Below are positions 8,764-17,763 of a stretch of 28,772 nucleotides of DNA, in pieces. Every line of letters starts with the position of its first letter. Within the stretch, counting starts at the first letter, position 1. The notes beneath the pieces are model-generated. The model saw nothing but the letters and a program-made list of their open reading frames with translations. It did no database searches and was not told the origin of the DNA. The DNA is from a virus. Its lineage: Duplodnaviria > Caudoviricetes. Location of the stretch: IMG/VR virus record IMGVR_UViG_3300037423_000848, positions 1-28,772 of that record, one strand, 5' to 3'. A program made the position numbers and the translations under genes.

Positions 8764-9144
8764 TTAAGCACCGCCGCCAAGGTCATACTGAAAGGTTTCT
8801 GTAAGAACCGAATAAACAGTCACGACCTGATAACTGACTTGCAGTGATCGGTTTGAATCCAAATTTACGGATAGTTTCTTTACGCCGGTGACAACCTGAT
8901 TTCCGTCTGAATCGGTCGTATTCAAAATGACAGCTGAAACAGCGAGCGAAATGGCTAGTTCATTCTTTCCGCCCAACAGGTTAAACCAGTCGATCCCAGC
9001 GCCGAGATCAAAAAAACAATCTCCAAGGAAGGATGTCACGCGGGATTGAATCGCTTGCGCAACGGCCAGATTCGCGCGCTTATAGTTTGAGCGGCCATGC
9101 CCGAAAGTCCAATCGCCATTTGAATCAAGCGCACGAACAATCAT
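8764..9144 (-). CDS. Baseplate wedge/sheath initiator (gp25/Mu gp46-like)
   Basis: MIVRALDSNGDWTFGHG...AVAQAIQSRV..FLGDCFFD...GIDW; lies between spike and J. Confidence 0.85.
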   Translation of the reverse strand: MIVRALDSNGDWTFGHGRSNYKRANLAVAQAIQSRVTSFLGDCFFDLGAGIDWFNLLGGKNELAISLAVSAVILNTTDSDGNQVVTGVKKLSVNLDSNRSLQVSYQVVTVYSVLTETFQYDLGGGA

Positions 9145-9833
9145 TCGAGAAGCCCTCCTAACTCAGATGCGATCGTTGTCAGCTGTGTGATACTCGTCGA
9201 ATCAACGGTTCCCTGTGATGGGCCAACCCCAGCTACGTCGATCTTCAAGTTTTGAATGGCTGTGACAAGTTGGCTCAACAGGCTGAAAAGAGTTGATGTT
9301 CCATTTCCAATTTTGACTTTCGCTGGTCCCACTCCAACTAAAACATTACCGTTCTGCAAAACCGCGCGACTGGTATCGTAGTTTTGCAGTCTGTTCGCAT
9401 TAGAGCGAATCCCAACAAGGATGATTCCATCGGAAAATGAATGGAGCCTTGGCGTTGCCACCTGAGAACCTGGTCCGCCGTTATACCAATTATCAAGATC
9501 GCGGTCGTTGAACAAAACGACGCACTCGTCTCCTTTTTGAATAGGAAACGTAAGCGACGAGTTTCCTCCGCCGAGACAGATCACAGGACAATCTACCAAT
9601 ACTGGATAGTTCACTGCGACGGGTTTATAAACGGCCAGAGCCTCATCGTAGTTGAAGTATGTTTGTGTATAATTGACCGTGGCCGTGGCCAACTGGTTTT
9701 CAGCGTCGAAGCTTTCAATCGTTCCAATGTGGTGACAATTCAAATTCTGAAGCAGGTCTTTTCTGAATAGATCCAGAAGATCCTTCATCGTTGGTTCGAC
9801 CGGAGTTTGAACCTGTTTGATGGTAGAGCTCAT
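9141..9833 (-). CDS. Baseplate spike (Gp138/gpV-like)
   Basis: Start MSSTIKQ at 9833 (ATGA overlap). Motifs LVDCPV..LGGG...LTFPIQKGDECVVLFNDRDLDNW and RLHSFSDGI. Confidence 0.88.
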   Translation of the reverse strand: MSSTIKQVQTPVEPTMKDLLDLFRKDLLQNLNCHHIGTIESFDAENQLATATVNYTQTYFNYDEALAVYKPVAVNYPVLVDCPVICLGGGNSSLTFPIQKGDECVVLFNDRDLDNWYNGGPGSQVATPRLHSFSDGIILVGIRSNANRLQNYDTSRAVLQNGNVLVGVGPAKVKIGNGTSTLFSLLSQLVTAIQNLKIDVAGVGPSQGTVDSTSITQLTTIASELGGLLE

Positions 9834-10726
9834 GTGAGTGTTACCCCCACGAGCTGGTTGAAGTATGCGAACTCGGCTGTCGTGATAGCTTCGCCGCAAA
9901 CGGCATCTGAGATCATTCCACGGTGATGGACCGCAGTAACTTTTCTCAATCCGTTGAAGTTCTCGCCGGTAATACTCGTGAGCTGAGCTGCGTATCCGAC
10001 CTGAAGCTGAGGCTCAAAAATCATGTCGAAGTGAACAAGGGTTTCTTCAAGGACAGGAGTACCCAAGAGCCCGGAGGCAGAGTTTATGTTCAATACTTGT
10101 CCAGACTGAATATATTCGTTCGGACCTAAGCAGTGGGCCACTTCTCGATCAACGAAAAAAGCTCCATTGGTCAGATCGAGAAGATTTGTAACGGTAGAAC
10201 CAACGTATGATGCCCCGGTAGCATTTCCTGTCTTTGCCGGAGTATTGGTGTCGGTATTTGTATAAACACTAGGTCCAATTGCTCCAGGGGTGCAGTATGG
10301 AAGGTTCTGCATCATTGACTGAATCACTGCTTTTTGCGGAGTTTTTGCAGGCACTTGCTGCGAGACGTATCCATTTCGGAATGCGAAACCACCGTCGAGG
10401 CATTCAATCTGTGTGATGAAATTTACGCCTTCGCGAACAGACCAAGCTTGCGTGATGTTGCCTTGAAACACGATCGGCGTATTGGATCCATACCCAGCCT
10501 TAAGAATTACGCGTCGATAGGTTCCGTAGTTTGAAAAGTTAAACCTAATTGCGTTTCGGTGCGCGAGAGACAAGTTGTAGATACGGAAGGTGGCGTGACT
10601 GTTCGATGAGAGCGTTTTTCTAACAATATCGAACTCCAAAGTCAGAGGTAGCGTAATATCCAGCATATCCCCCGCTGAGTTGATCTGAACGCTCAGCTTA
10701 TAGTTGCGCCCAAACTTATCAGCCAT
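9830..10726 (-). CDS. Baseplate hub protein (gp27/Mu gp44-like)
   Basis: Start MADKFGRNYKL at 10726 (GGAG upstream). Motifs ATFRIYNLS, VILKAGYG...VFQGNI, SGLLGTP, YxVxxVxHxG-like C-terminus. Confidence 0.85.
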   Translation of the reverse strand: MADKFGRNYKLSVQINSAGDMLDITLPLTLEFDIVRKTLSSNSHATFRIYNLSLAHRNAIRFNFSNYGTYRRVILKAGYGSNTPIVFQGNITQAWSVREGVNFITQIECLDGGFAFRNGYVSQQVPAKTPQKAVIQSMMQNLPYCTPGAIGPSVYTNTDTNTPAKTGNATGASYVGSTVTNLLDLTNGAFFVDREVAHCLGPNEYIQSGQVLNINSASGLLGTPVLEETLVHFDMIFEPQLQVGYAAQLTSITGENFNGLRKVTAVHHRGMISDAVCGEAITTAEFAYFNQLVGVTLT

Positions 10727-11105
10727 TGGATAATAGCTCCGCGTATTGAGCGACTTCTTCACTTGTCAAAATGTAGAGAGACGAGGCACCGGACTCGAAG
10801 TCCTCTTGCTGAGTAGGTTCTCGACCACCATTGGTGTAGCAAGCCAATCCGAATGAAATTTGATTTCGATACTGGTGAAGCATGTTTGGGCTATTCGTGA
10901 TTCGCATGCCCTGAATCGTAAACTGCCCTGAGTAGTTACTAGGCGCTCCGTAATTTGCCGTCGCGGCAGCATAAACCAGGCTGTTTATGAACCATCCGTA
11001 TTGCATTGGACGGTAATAGATCTCCATTTGGAGTGCGCTTCCATCCAAAAGAATGAGGTTGAATCGCTGCAAAGGGTCCTTGGTAATTTGGAGAATCTTA
11101 TACAT
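10719..11105 (-). CDS. Small baseplate protein (plug-like)
   Basis: 128 aa between tube-initiator and hub genes; PLQRF..L, GWFINSL, DFESG.SSLYIL. Confidence 0.7.
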   Translation of the reverse strand: MYKILQITKDPLQRFNLILLDGSALQMEIYYRPMQYGWFINSLVYAAATANYGAPSNYSGQFTIQGMRITNSPNMLHQYRNQISFGLACYTNGGREPTQQEDFESGASSLYILTSEEVAQYAELLSNG

Positions 11106-11974
11106 TAGAAGCTCCCCAACCCTGGAAATGTGACGGGACTTTCTTGAGCTAAAGTTTGAGTCCCTTGATTAACCGCTGAAGCAGATTGGGAAGACACTCT
11201 CCCCTGTGCAATAGAATCGGATTGATTCTTCGCGCTGACCGCAGTCCGAATCATTTTAAAAGTGACCTCAAAGTCTGTGATGACATTCGTATCAGCGCTT
11301 TGAATGGCGCGAAGTCTTTGAATGGCCATATTTTGGAATACCGCCCACGGGGTTTGAACGGTGAAGAGCCATCTTGCTGCCCAGTAAGCGTAAAATTGCT
11401 GAAACGCGACCTGCTGCTTATTCTGATTATTGGTAACCTTTCCAGAGCTAAGGTTGACCGCAGTACCAATTCCATTGGATCCGATAACGTTTTCACCGCC
11501 CTGGTTATTCAATGAACTCCAAGCCGAAATCGACGAGTTCACCGCGCTCGCGCCGACTTGATAGAGCTGCAGTGCCTCGTTGTAAGCAATCAATGCAGCC
11601 AACGTAAGCTGTGGCGTATAGGAGCTGATGACCGAAAGCTTCTGGAGTGCGAGCTGAACTGCTGCTGATGCAACAGGAGGTACATCATTGAGCTCACCAA
11701 TAAATCCGTGCGTTGTTACGATCACGGGACGCAATGCCACCTGATCCTGAATCGCCGTATTGTCTTCGATATAGTGATCGGTTATGTCGCTCTCGATTGA
11801 TACCGTCTGTTCACCCTCGTAGTGAAATAAGAGCGACGGAGGATTCTGTGATCCTCCTGCGCTATTCGCAGGATTCATCGGTTGGTAGCCCTGTGTCTTT
11901 TGAGGGCTTACCAAGATGAGATTCGAGAGCGCAGTTGCGGAAGTCGTGATGATTGAAAGCGGATTGCTAGCCAT
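11105..11974 (-). CDS. Tail tube initiator/distal-tail-like baseplate protein
   Basis: ESDITDHYIEDNTAIQDQVALRP..V...G and FTVQTPWAVFQNMAI..L motifs; immediately after the tape measure. Confidence 0.8.
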   Translation of the reverse strand: MASNPLSIITTSATALSNLILVSPQKTQGYQPMNPANSAGGSQNPPSLLFHYEGEQTVSIESDITDHYIEDNTAIQDQVALRPVIVTTHGFIGELNDVPPVASAAVQLALQKLSVISSYTPQLTLAALIAYNEALQLYQVGASAVNSSISAWSSLNNQGGENVIGSNGIGTAVNLSSGKVTNNQNKQQVAFQQFYAYWAARWLFTVQTPWAVFQNMAIQRLRAIQSADTNVITDFEVTFKMIRTAVSAKNQSDSIAQGRVSSQSASAVNQGTQTLAQESPVTFPGLGSF

Positions 11975-13101
11975 TAGCTACCCCTCACAAGCGCAGGAAT
12001 CTGCTGGTACGCATCGCGCACGGCCTTCTTATGCGAATCAGTGACCTTCTTGTGATCCGTGCCATCGTGCTGGAAGTTTAGGCTTTGATTGATGTTGATA
12101 TTGTTCTGTTGAGATGAGCCACCGCTTGGAGCCGTCACAGGAGGCGCAGCCTGCGTGCCAGTATCCATGTGAGCTGGCCTGCCAAAGAACCAATCGGAAA
12201 ATGTACGGGTGCCTTCTTTAGGTTTCCCCGTCTTTGGATCAATCTCATTGCCCCAGAAGTCCTTCTTACCCTGAGAGTAAGCCGTGAGATCGTCCATGGC
12301 TCCTGCTAGCTGCTTTACGGCCCAAGCTAGCTTTTCAAATAGCTTGTATTGCTCTGACACGTGCTGGAGAGATTCAGCCATGCGAAAGAAAGCATCCGTG
12401 ATCGTCTTAATATCTTTGATCAAGGAGTTTCCGTGACGAGCAGTAAACTTTCCAAACTGCATCTCAATCGATTGCCAAAGGTTAGCCCACTGAGCGCGGA
12501 CATGATCGAGCTGCTTAATTTGAGAATCGCTGTAAAGTGGCGCCTTTGCGAAAACATCAGGACGGAAAGCATTGCGCTCCATCGCAGCAATCACGCCTTC
12601 ACTCAGTCCAAATGACGACAACATCTGGCGCTTCCACGCCTCTGGTATGTCCTTGAGCTGCGCGAATTGCTGCAGCTTTCGCATCATGTAATCGAGGTCA
12701 TTCTTACGGTTAAAATCGATCCCTACACGACCACCTACGATCGCAGCCCACTCAGGTGCACCCTTATTCAGATCGATGTTCGCCATCGCCGTTTGCAACG
12801 ATTTGAAGGAGCCTTCCATCTCACCGTTTGAGATACCGACTTGCTGAGCCGCATAGTCGTACTGCTGCAGAGTCTTCGAGGAAATACCAAGAAGCGTCGA
12901 CAGGTTCGTCAGATGGCTTCCCATATCAGCGGAGGAGCTCATCATGCGCTCTAGACCATAGATTGCTGCCAAGATCGCAGCCTTCGCTTCGAGCGACATG
13001 GAGGCAAGACCGCTCATGCCCTTCGTGGTTTGGCCGATGAGGCTGATCGTTTTATCCGCACCCGTTATGCCTAAGTTGACGAACAGCTCGCCTACCTTCA
13101 T
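11974..13101 (-). CDS. Tape measure protein (short, 375 aa)
   Basis: MKVGELFVNLG start, GISSKTLQQYDYAAQQVG motif, helical Ala/Leu-rich; follows the chaperone genes; SD AGGAG. Confidence 0.85.
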   Translation of the reverse strand: MKVGELFVNLGITGADKTISLIGQTTKGMSGLASMSLEAKAAILAAIYGLERMMSSSADMGSHLTNLSTLLGISSKTLQQYDYAAQQVGISNGEMEGSFKSLQTAMANIDLNKGAPEWAAIVGGRVGIDFNRKNDLDYMMRKLQQFAQLKDIPEAWKRQMLSSFGLSEGVIAAMERNAFRPDVFAKAPLYSDSQIKQLDHVRAQWANLWQSIEMQFGKFTARHGNSLIKDIKTITDAFFRMAESLQHVSEQYKLFEKLAWAVKQLAGAMDDLTAYSQGKKDFWGNEIDPKTGKPKEGTRTFSDWFFGRPAHMDTGTQAAPPVTAPSGGSSQQNNININQSLNFQHDGTDHKKVTDSHKKAVRDAYQQIPALVRGS

Positions 13102-13104
13102 TTG

Positions 13105-13329
13105 CTATCTCCTCAGAGCGGCACGCTCATAATCTGCACAGAACTTCTCGTAGTTGAGTGCCTGCAGTACCGTCCTCGCATCCATCTCTTGAACTTCAGC
13201 GAGTGATCCGTATCCAGCCTTGACCAAGCGGAAATGGATCAATAGTGGATCGTCCTCCGCCTCTATTTCCGGTCTTTCTTCAGGCTCGTCAAAATAGGCC
13301 CGAACTCGGATAAGAGGCTCTTCACGAAA
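13105..13329 (-). CDS. Tail assembly chaperone -1 frameshift extension (gpGT-like C-terminal part); absent from the ORF track
   Basis: The -1 frame is open from slippery C CCT TTC (13332-13326) to TAG at 13107-13105: FREEPLIRVRAYFDEPEERPEIEAEDDPLLIHFRLVKAGYGSLAEVQEMDARTVLQALNYEKFCADYERAALRR. Confidence 0.8.
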   Translation of the reverse strand, partial: FREEPLIRVRAYFDEPEERPEIEAEDDPLLIHFRLVKAGYGSLAEVQEMDARTVLQALNYEKFCADYERAALRR

Positions 13330-13661
13330 GGGGAAATGTTCTCCTTTGCGACCTCCAAACAGATGGTCGTGTAATCCTCGCGAGCTTTGACCGGCTCGAA
13401 GACCTCAGGGAGTATTCGATTATCGACTCCGTCCACGCAGTAGAGACACTTTTTCAAGCACTCCCAGACACAGGCTTCGATTTCCTTTGAAGATGCGCCA
13501 GCACAAAATACGTCCTTGTAAAGCGCAGCGACGTCCGTATTGGTGTTCATCGGAATACCGCGCAATTCCTTCAGAACAGCTTGATAAAGCGCCTTTGCAG
13601 CCACGAAAGGAGCAGGCGTGATTTTGAGTACAGCTCCGCTAGGAAGCTTAACTTCTTTCAA
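13263..13661 (-). CDS. Tail assembly chaperone (gpG-like)
   Basis: Between tube and tape measure genes; GTG/TTG-type start with AGGGGG SD; ends near an ENISPF slippery motif. Confidence 0.8.
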   Translation of the reverse strand: MKEVKLPSGAVLKITPAPFVAAKALYQAVLKELRGIPMNTNTDVAALYKDVFCAGASSKEIEACVWECLKKCLYCVDGVDNRILPEVFEPVKAREDYTTICLEVAKENISPFVKSLLSEFGPILTSLKKDRK

Positions 13662-13676
13662 GTGGACCCCCTATCT

Positions 13677-14129
13677 TTAAGTCAGCACGCGAGGCGCATT
13701 GCTGAACTTCATCATGTAGATGGCAACCGATTGTTCGGTATCGCCTGCGACGTTGCTTTTGCCTTCGACCTGCTTTGTAAAAACTCCGCCGCCCAGAATA
13801 TAGGTGTCAGACGTCACGTTGCCCTGACCGTCACCTAGCTTCTTTACGAACTGACCTTGGAGCAGGACCGTGCCAGCGAAATTGGCTTGCTGCTGGTTCA
13901 AAAGGTTCTGCAGAAACTGATCATCAGAGCTTCCGCGAATGAGGCGAATCTTGAACTCGCATTGTTTTCCGGACTCGTTCAGCGCGTAGATGCTGTTCCC
14001 GTTTTTGCCAGTCTTCAACTGGGCGATATCGGTTGGGAACGTAAGCTCTGCCACGGTCTCATCAGCGAAATCGCTGAAGACGCGGTTATTGAGGACTAGG
14101 GTGTCACTTCCTGAGAGAGTAACTGACAT
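13677..14129 (-). CDS. Tail tube protein (DUF3277-like)
   Basis: 150 aa after the sheath; FSDFAD, KTGKNG, G..IRLIRGSSDDQFL motifs; SD AAGGAG. Confidence 0.85.
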   Translation of the reverse strand: MSVTLSGSDTLVLNNRVFSDFADETVAELTFPTDIAQLKTGKNGNSIYALNESGKQCEFKIRLIRGSSDDQFLQNLLNQQQANFAGTVLLQGQFVKKLGDGQGNVTSDTYILGGGVFTKQVEGKSNVAGDTEQSVAIYMMKFSNAPRVLT

Positions 14130-14155
14130 CGTGAATCTCCTTTTTCAAACTCTTA

Positions 14156-15604
14156 TTAAGCGTTGACGTAGACGACCACGGAGCTGGATTGAACCGCTCC
14201 AGCTTCCTTCGCGGCGATCTGGATCAGAGGTGCCTTTCTTGCGACACGATCCGTCTGAAGCTGCTGAGCGATCGGGCCCGAATAGATGTAGTATCCAGCT
14301 TGCGCGATGTTCGCGATGAGCTGAGCCTGGTTTCCAAAGATGGTCGAGCTATTCCATGATCCTGGAGCAAGGTATCCGTTCGCGACAGCTTGCTCGCAAA
14401 CCGCGCGATACGCGGCCTTCAGTCCATCCATACCGCCTTCGGTTTGTGGAATTTTTGTGAAGGACTGAGCCAGGTAGTTGAAGCCAGCAATCTGCAAGGC
14501 TCCCACAAACCATTGTTGGTTATAAACTTGATCAAAGAACTGGTTTGCACCCGTGCAGTAGACACAGGAGACACCCTGCAAGCTGATGTAGGTGTCAGCA
14601 CCTGCGGCCTTAGCCAATCCTAAGATGGTTTGGGTCATCGTAGGATCTGGTTGGCTTCCAACGATCTTCTTTAGGTGCATAGTACTCGTGGTGTTCGAGC
14701 CAGAGAAGTTCGTGGAAAGCGCGCGACCGGCATACCCTGCCGCAAATATGACCGCGTTCAGTCCGCTACTCGAGCTATCGCCATAGTAGAGGCCGCGTGT
14801 CTGAGTGAAGCCTCCAGAACGTAAGAGATCGATCATGCCGCCCACTTGAATGTCGGCTTGATTATACGACACGAAGAAGGCGATTAAGTTTAGGGCCTGA
14901 ACAACCGCTGCGGCTGCCAAAAGGTCCGTCTGACCAATCACTGCCAAGGGCTCATTCACCAGCGCGCCGAAGTACTGAACCAATCCCTGCGTGCGAGTAA
15001 TAGCTGCCTCGATCGTCTCACCCGCTTGAGTGATGGCTGGCGTAACCGTGATTGATGCGGTTCCGCTATCCTCAAGGCTGTTAGCCGAGATAGTGAATGC
15101 CGCAACAGGTCCGTACGTGTTGCCACAGGTAATAACCAGCGATTTAGAAGCAATTGATCCAGAGACCAACCATCCGCTCTGACCCGTCACAGCTTGAAGC
15201 TTCGTTTGAATCGTAGCGACAGGATCATTCCAGTTGATGGCCGCAGTGGTTCCGTTTGCGGACGTAATCTCGAAAGATCCCGACGCTGCAACAGCAGAGA
15301 AAGTAAGAGTCTGCTTCGCGATAAGAAGCGGGATCACGATAAGCTCGCCGTTATTGGCTAAGATGTTTGGCTGCTGCGAGAAGATCGCGTTCGCCATCTG
15401 ATACGTGCGAGAGCTACTGCCAAAATCTACGGCAACGACGGATGGGTCCAAATACTGACCGTATCCAAGAGCGGATCCTGACCAGCTTTGACCTGGCACA
15501 TCGGTGGTAAAGATAGCGAGATTACTCGTATTGTATTCGTTGGCAGCGGTCTGAGAGACGGACGCCGAAATATTGATTACGTTGCTTAAAGGAAGTTGTG
15601 ACAT
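14156..15604 (-). CDS. Contractile tail sheath protein (DUF3383-like)
   Basis: LPLSNVINIS, VAVDFGSSS.TY.MA..IFSQ.P, NFSGSNTT.T.HLK, FFDQV....W, KIPQTEGG, NGYLAPG.W, GYYIY, R.ARKAP.IQ....AGAV; SD GGAGG. Confidence 0.93.
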   Translation of the reverse strand: MSQLPLSNVINISASVSQTAANEYNTSNLAIFTTDVPGQSWSGSALGYGQYLDPSVVAVDFGSSSRTYQMANAIFSQQPNILANNGELIVIPLLIAKQTLTFSAVAASGSFEITSANGTTAAINWNDPVATIQTKLQAVTGQSGWLVSGSIASKSLVITCGNTYGPVAAFTISANSLEDSGTASITVTPAITQAGETIEAAITRTQGLVQYFGALVNEPLAVIGQTDLLAAAAVVQALNLIAFFVSYNQADIQVGGMIDLLRSGGFTQTRGLYYGDSSSSGLNAVIFAAGYAGRALSTNFSGSNTTSTMHLKKIVGSQPDPTMTQTILGLAKAAGADTYISLQGVSCVYCTGANQFFDQVYNQQWFVGALQIAGFNYLAQSFTKIPQTEGGMDGLKAAYRAVCEQAVANGYLAPGSWNSSTIFGNQAQLIANIAQAGYYIYSGPIAQQLQTDRVARKAPLIQIAAKEAGAVQSSSVVVYVNA

Positions 15605-15616
15605 TTTTAATCCTCC

Positions 15617-16375
15617 TTACGGATTCGTCTTCACCGCGACATCTTGAAAAGTGTCGAAATAGTTAATTGGAGCTTTCTTTTTGACCAAGTACTGCATTTG
15701 AACTGAAATCTTGAATCGGTATGGAATCGCTGCTCCATCAATGCTGGAGAGATTCATGAAATGCGATCCGGGCGGTAAATTACCAATATAGAAAGAGTTA
15801 GCTTGCTGCTGTTGCTGCGAGTAGACGCTGGCAAGAGCCATAAGCACTTCTTCTTTGCGAATAAGTGCTTCCGCACTTCGAGAAATCACATCGATATCAA
15901 TTTGGGACATCATGTTGACCGACTGAACTGCGTCTAGTCCAGCGCCAGATCCATCAAATTGAACCGTATTGCCATACGGCTTCGAAGGCCCTACGGATAC
16001 TGCGATATAAATTCCCGTATCGGTTGGCTGGAAGATCTTTTGATCAAACAAATAGACGCGACCAAGCGGAAGATTCAACTCGTGTTGGAGGATATCGCAA
16101 AGCAGATGCAGCGGATAACCAACCATCACTTTTGCCGTTGCAACGAGTGCAGGCACAGACGAGTCCCTTACCTCAATGGTATCGAACATCTTCTCTGGAT
16201 CACTTGGTACCTCAGAGGGCGACGTGTAGACCCCGGTCGCATTGTCGATGGTGCCACCGGCACCATGAGGCCGCAGTGTATAGGAGTAAGGAGCGGTCCC
16301 GCCCGTCGCGAGAAACGAGACCATCAGACCGGGGCCTACAGCTGTCGCGGATTGGGTTAAGAGTAGCGTGCTCAT
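15617..16375 (-). CDS. Tail terminator/neck protein with N-terminal Ig-like extension
   Basis: Start MSTLLLTQ at 16375 (ATGA overlap). The C-terminal ~165 aa precede the sheath gene and end NYFDTFQDV. Confidence 0.75.
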   Translation of the reverse strand: MSTLLLTQSATAVGPGLMVSFLATGGTAPYSYTLRPHGAGGTIDNATGVYTSPSEVPSDPEKMFDTIEVRDSSVPALVATAKVMVGYPLHLLCDILQHELNLPLGRVYLFDQKIFQPTDTGIYIAVSVGPSKPYGNTVQFDGSGAGLDAVQSVNMMSQIDIDVISRSAEALIRKEEVLMALASVYSQQQQQANSFYIGNLPPGSHFMNLSSIDGAAIPYRFKISVQMQYLVKKKAPINYFDTFQDVAVKTNP

Positions 16376-16770
16376 CTTGGTCCACTCCCCGTCCAGTCTT
16401 GGCAAAGCGTATAGTGCACGTACCCATACAGCGAGTAATCCTTGCGCGACATGATACGTGTCTGCTTGCCCTTCCAGATCACGACCGAATCAACGTCGAG
16501 CGTGAGAACTGGATCCGCAAAAAGCTCAAAGAACGTCCAAGCGCGCTCGCCCTCTGGTCGCAGCATAAGTTGGCGATCAGTAAATGGCATCGCAACGCCT
16601 TGAAAATTGATTGGGTCGCCGGTTTCAACGACTTGGAAGGCTGAAACAGTCTTTGTGACCTGATTGAAGGTCATGGGCTGAAACAAATCGCGCAATGCAC
16701 CAGATACGTCAGGAACCGTGCCGGCCTTATCGAACAGTGGTCTGTCGGCAGCGTTCGCAATGCGGGTCAT
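16372..16770 (-). CDS. Head closure/head-tail adaptor
   Basis: FQGVAMP...QL..RPEGERAW, D.V.WKGK..RIM...DYS.YGY motifs; synteny. Confidence 0.8.
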   Translation of the reverse strand: MTRIANAADRPLFDKAGTVPDVSGALRDLFQPMTFNQVTKTVSAFQVVETGDPINFQGVAMPFTDRQLMLRPEGERAWTFFELFADPVLTLDVDSVVIWKGKQTRIMSRKDYSLYGYVHYTLCQDWTGSGPR

Positions 16771-17258
16771 TCGCGAACCTCGCTTGTGATGGAATTGCGA
16801 AGCTGTTGCGTATCAACCAGGATCTGGCCGGTGTTATTCGTGTAGGATGGAGACTTCCACTTTTCCCATTTTCCGAAGCCTGCCGTATCAAAAGCCTCGA
16901 GCACAATGAGCTCGGCCATCTTCGTGACCTTTTGCACCCAAGGAAGCACGGATCCGCTTTTGATCACCTCGTTCAAAACATTTTTGTCGAGCGCCTTAGA
17001 GCGCTGCATATACTTCTGAAGGTTCCAAACAATTGGAGACACTAAAAACGATCTACGAGGCAGGGTCGACGTGCCAAATTCGTGCATGGCTCCGACCTCT
17101 GCATTCCCCATTACTGACGTACCGCTGCCACCCTTATCTTCGATCTGGCGATTGTCGCGTCCACCGATAATGCCAACACGCGCCTGTGGAGGCTTTGCTT
17201 TCAAAGCCTTCAGGAGCTGCTCTAGGCCGGTGATTTGTAGGGTTACGTCTTGAGCCAT
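16767..17258 (-). CDS. Neck/virion morphogenesis protein (Mu gpG/HK97 gp10-like)
   Basis: ARVGI, NAEVGAMHEFGT..LP.RSFL, LVDTQQLRNSITSEV motifs. Confidence 0.85.
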   Translation of the reverse strand: MAQDVTLQITGLEQLLKALKAKPPQARVGIIGGRDNRQIEDKGGSGTSVMGNAEVGAMHEFGTSTLPRRSFLVSPIVWNLQKYMQRSKALDKNVLNEVIKSGSVLPWVQKVTKMAELIVLEAFDTAGFGKWEKWKSPSYTNNTGQILVDTQQLRNSITSEVRE

Positions 17259-17695
17259 TAAATAGCCTGTGTGTGTCCTGGCGCGATACCGAAAGCGCCC
17301 GAAAGCATTGGGAGCACAAGGTCCAAGTACTGCGCTCCATAGTTAGTTTTAGTCAGCATTGAAAAAGTTGGGTTATCTAGAATTCGTTGAGGAATTGTGA
17401 AGCTCTCGTTCACTTGTCCCACGCCACGGCTTGCATTCAGCCAAGAGAACTGACCGTTAAGCCCCTGAGAGCTAGAGCGCAAGTTCATGACCAGGTAGTG
17501 AGCGGTCAACAAAAGGTACGCGAGCGAATAGGTTCCCTGATCAGCAAAAAGGCATGGGTTGATGTTCACGTTCACCTGGATGAAAGCCCGTGTGATGTCC
17601 GAGTCCAAAACAGAAGTGTTGGGATCGGTTCCGAACGGGAAGTCCCGAGTGAACTGAGTTTTAAAGTCTGCCACTGCTGGATTTGTGAACCCCAT
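17258..17695 (-). CDS. Head-tail connector (DUF4054-like)
   Basis: DFKTQF..DF, LLTAHYL, SRGVGQVNESF, TNYGAQYL motifs; first gene after the major capsid gene. Confidence 0.85.
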   Translation of the reverse strand: MGFTNPAVADFKTQFTRDFPFGTDPNTSVLDSDITRAFIQVNVNINPCLFADQGTYSLAYLLLTAHYLVMNLRSSSQGLNGQFSWLNASRGVGQVNESFTIPQRILDNPTFSMLTKTNYGAQYLDLVLPMLSGAFGIAPGHTQAI

Positions 17696-17708
17696 TCAAC
17701 CCTCATAG

Positions 17709-17741
17709 AAAAACGCCCGAGGGTTTTTTGTCCCCCGGGCG
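17709..17741 (-). terminator. Rho-independent terminator after the major capsid gene
   Basis: Minus strand CGCCCGGGGG-ACAAAAAA-CCCTCGGGCG followed by TTTTT. Confidence 0.85.
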
Positions 17742-17763
17742 CATGCACACATCCGCCTCGGGC

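Noticed and set aside
7129-15604. Tailocin/eCIS or T6SS-like interpretation
   Set aside because: Capsid, portal, protease and terminase genes are present and intact, so this is a complete phage morphogenesis module.
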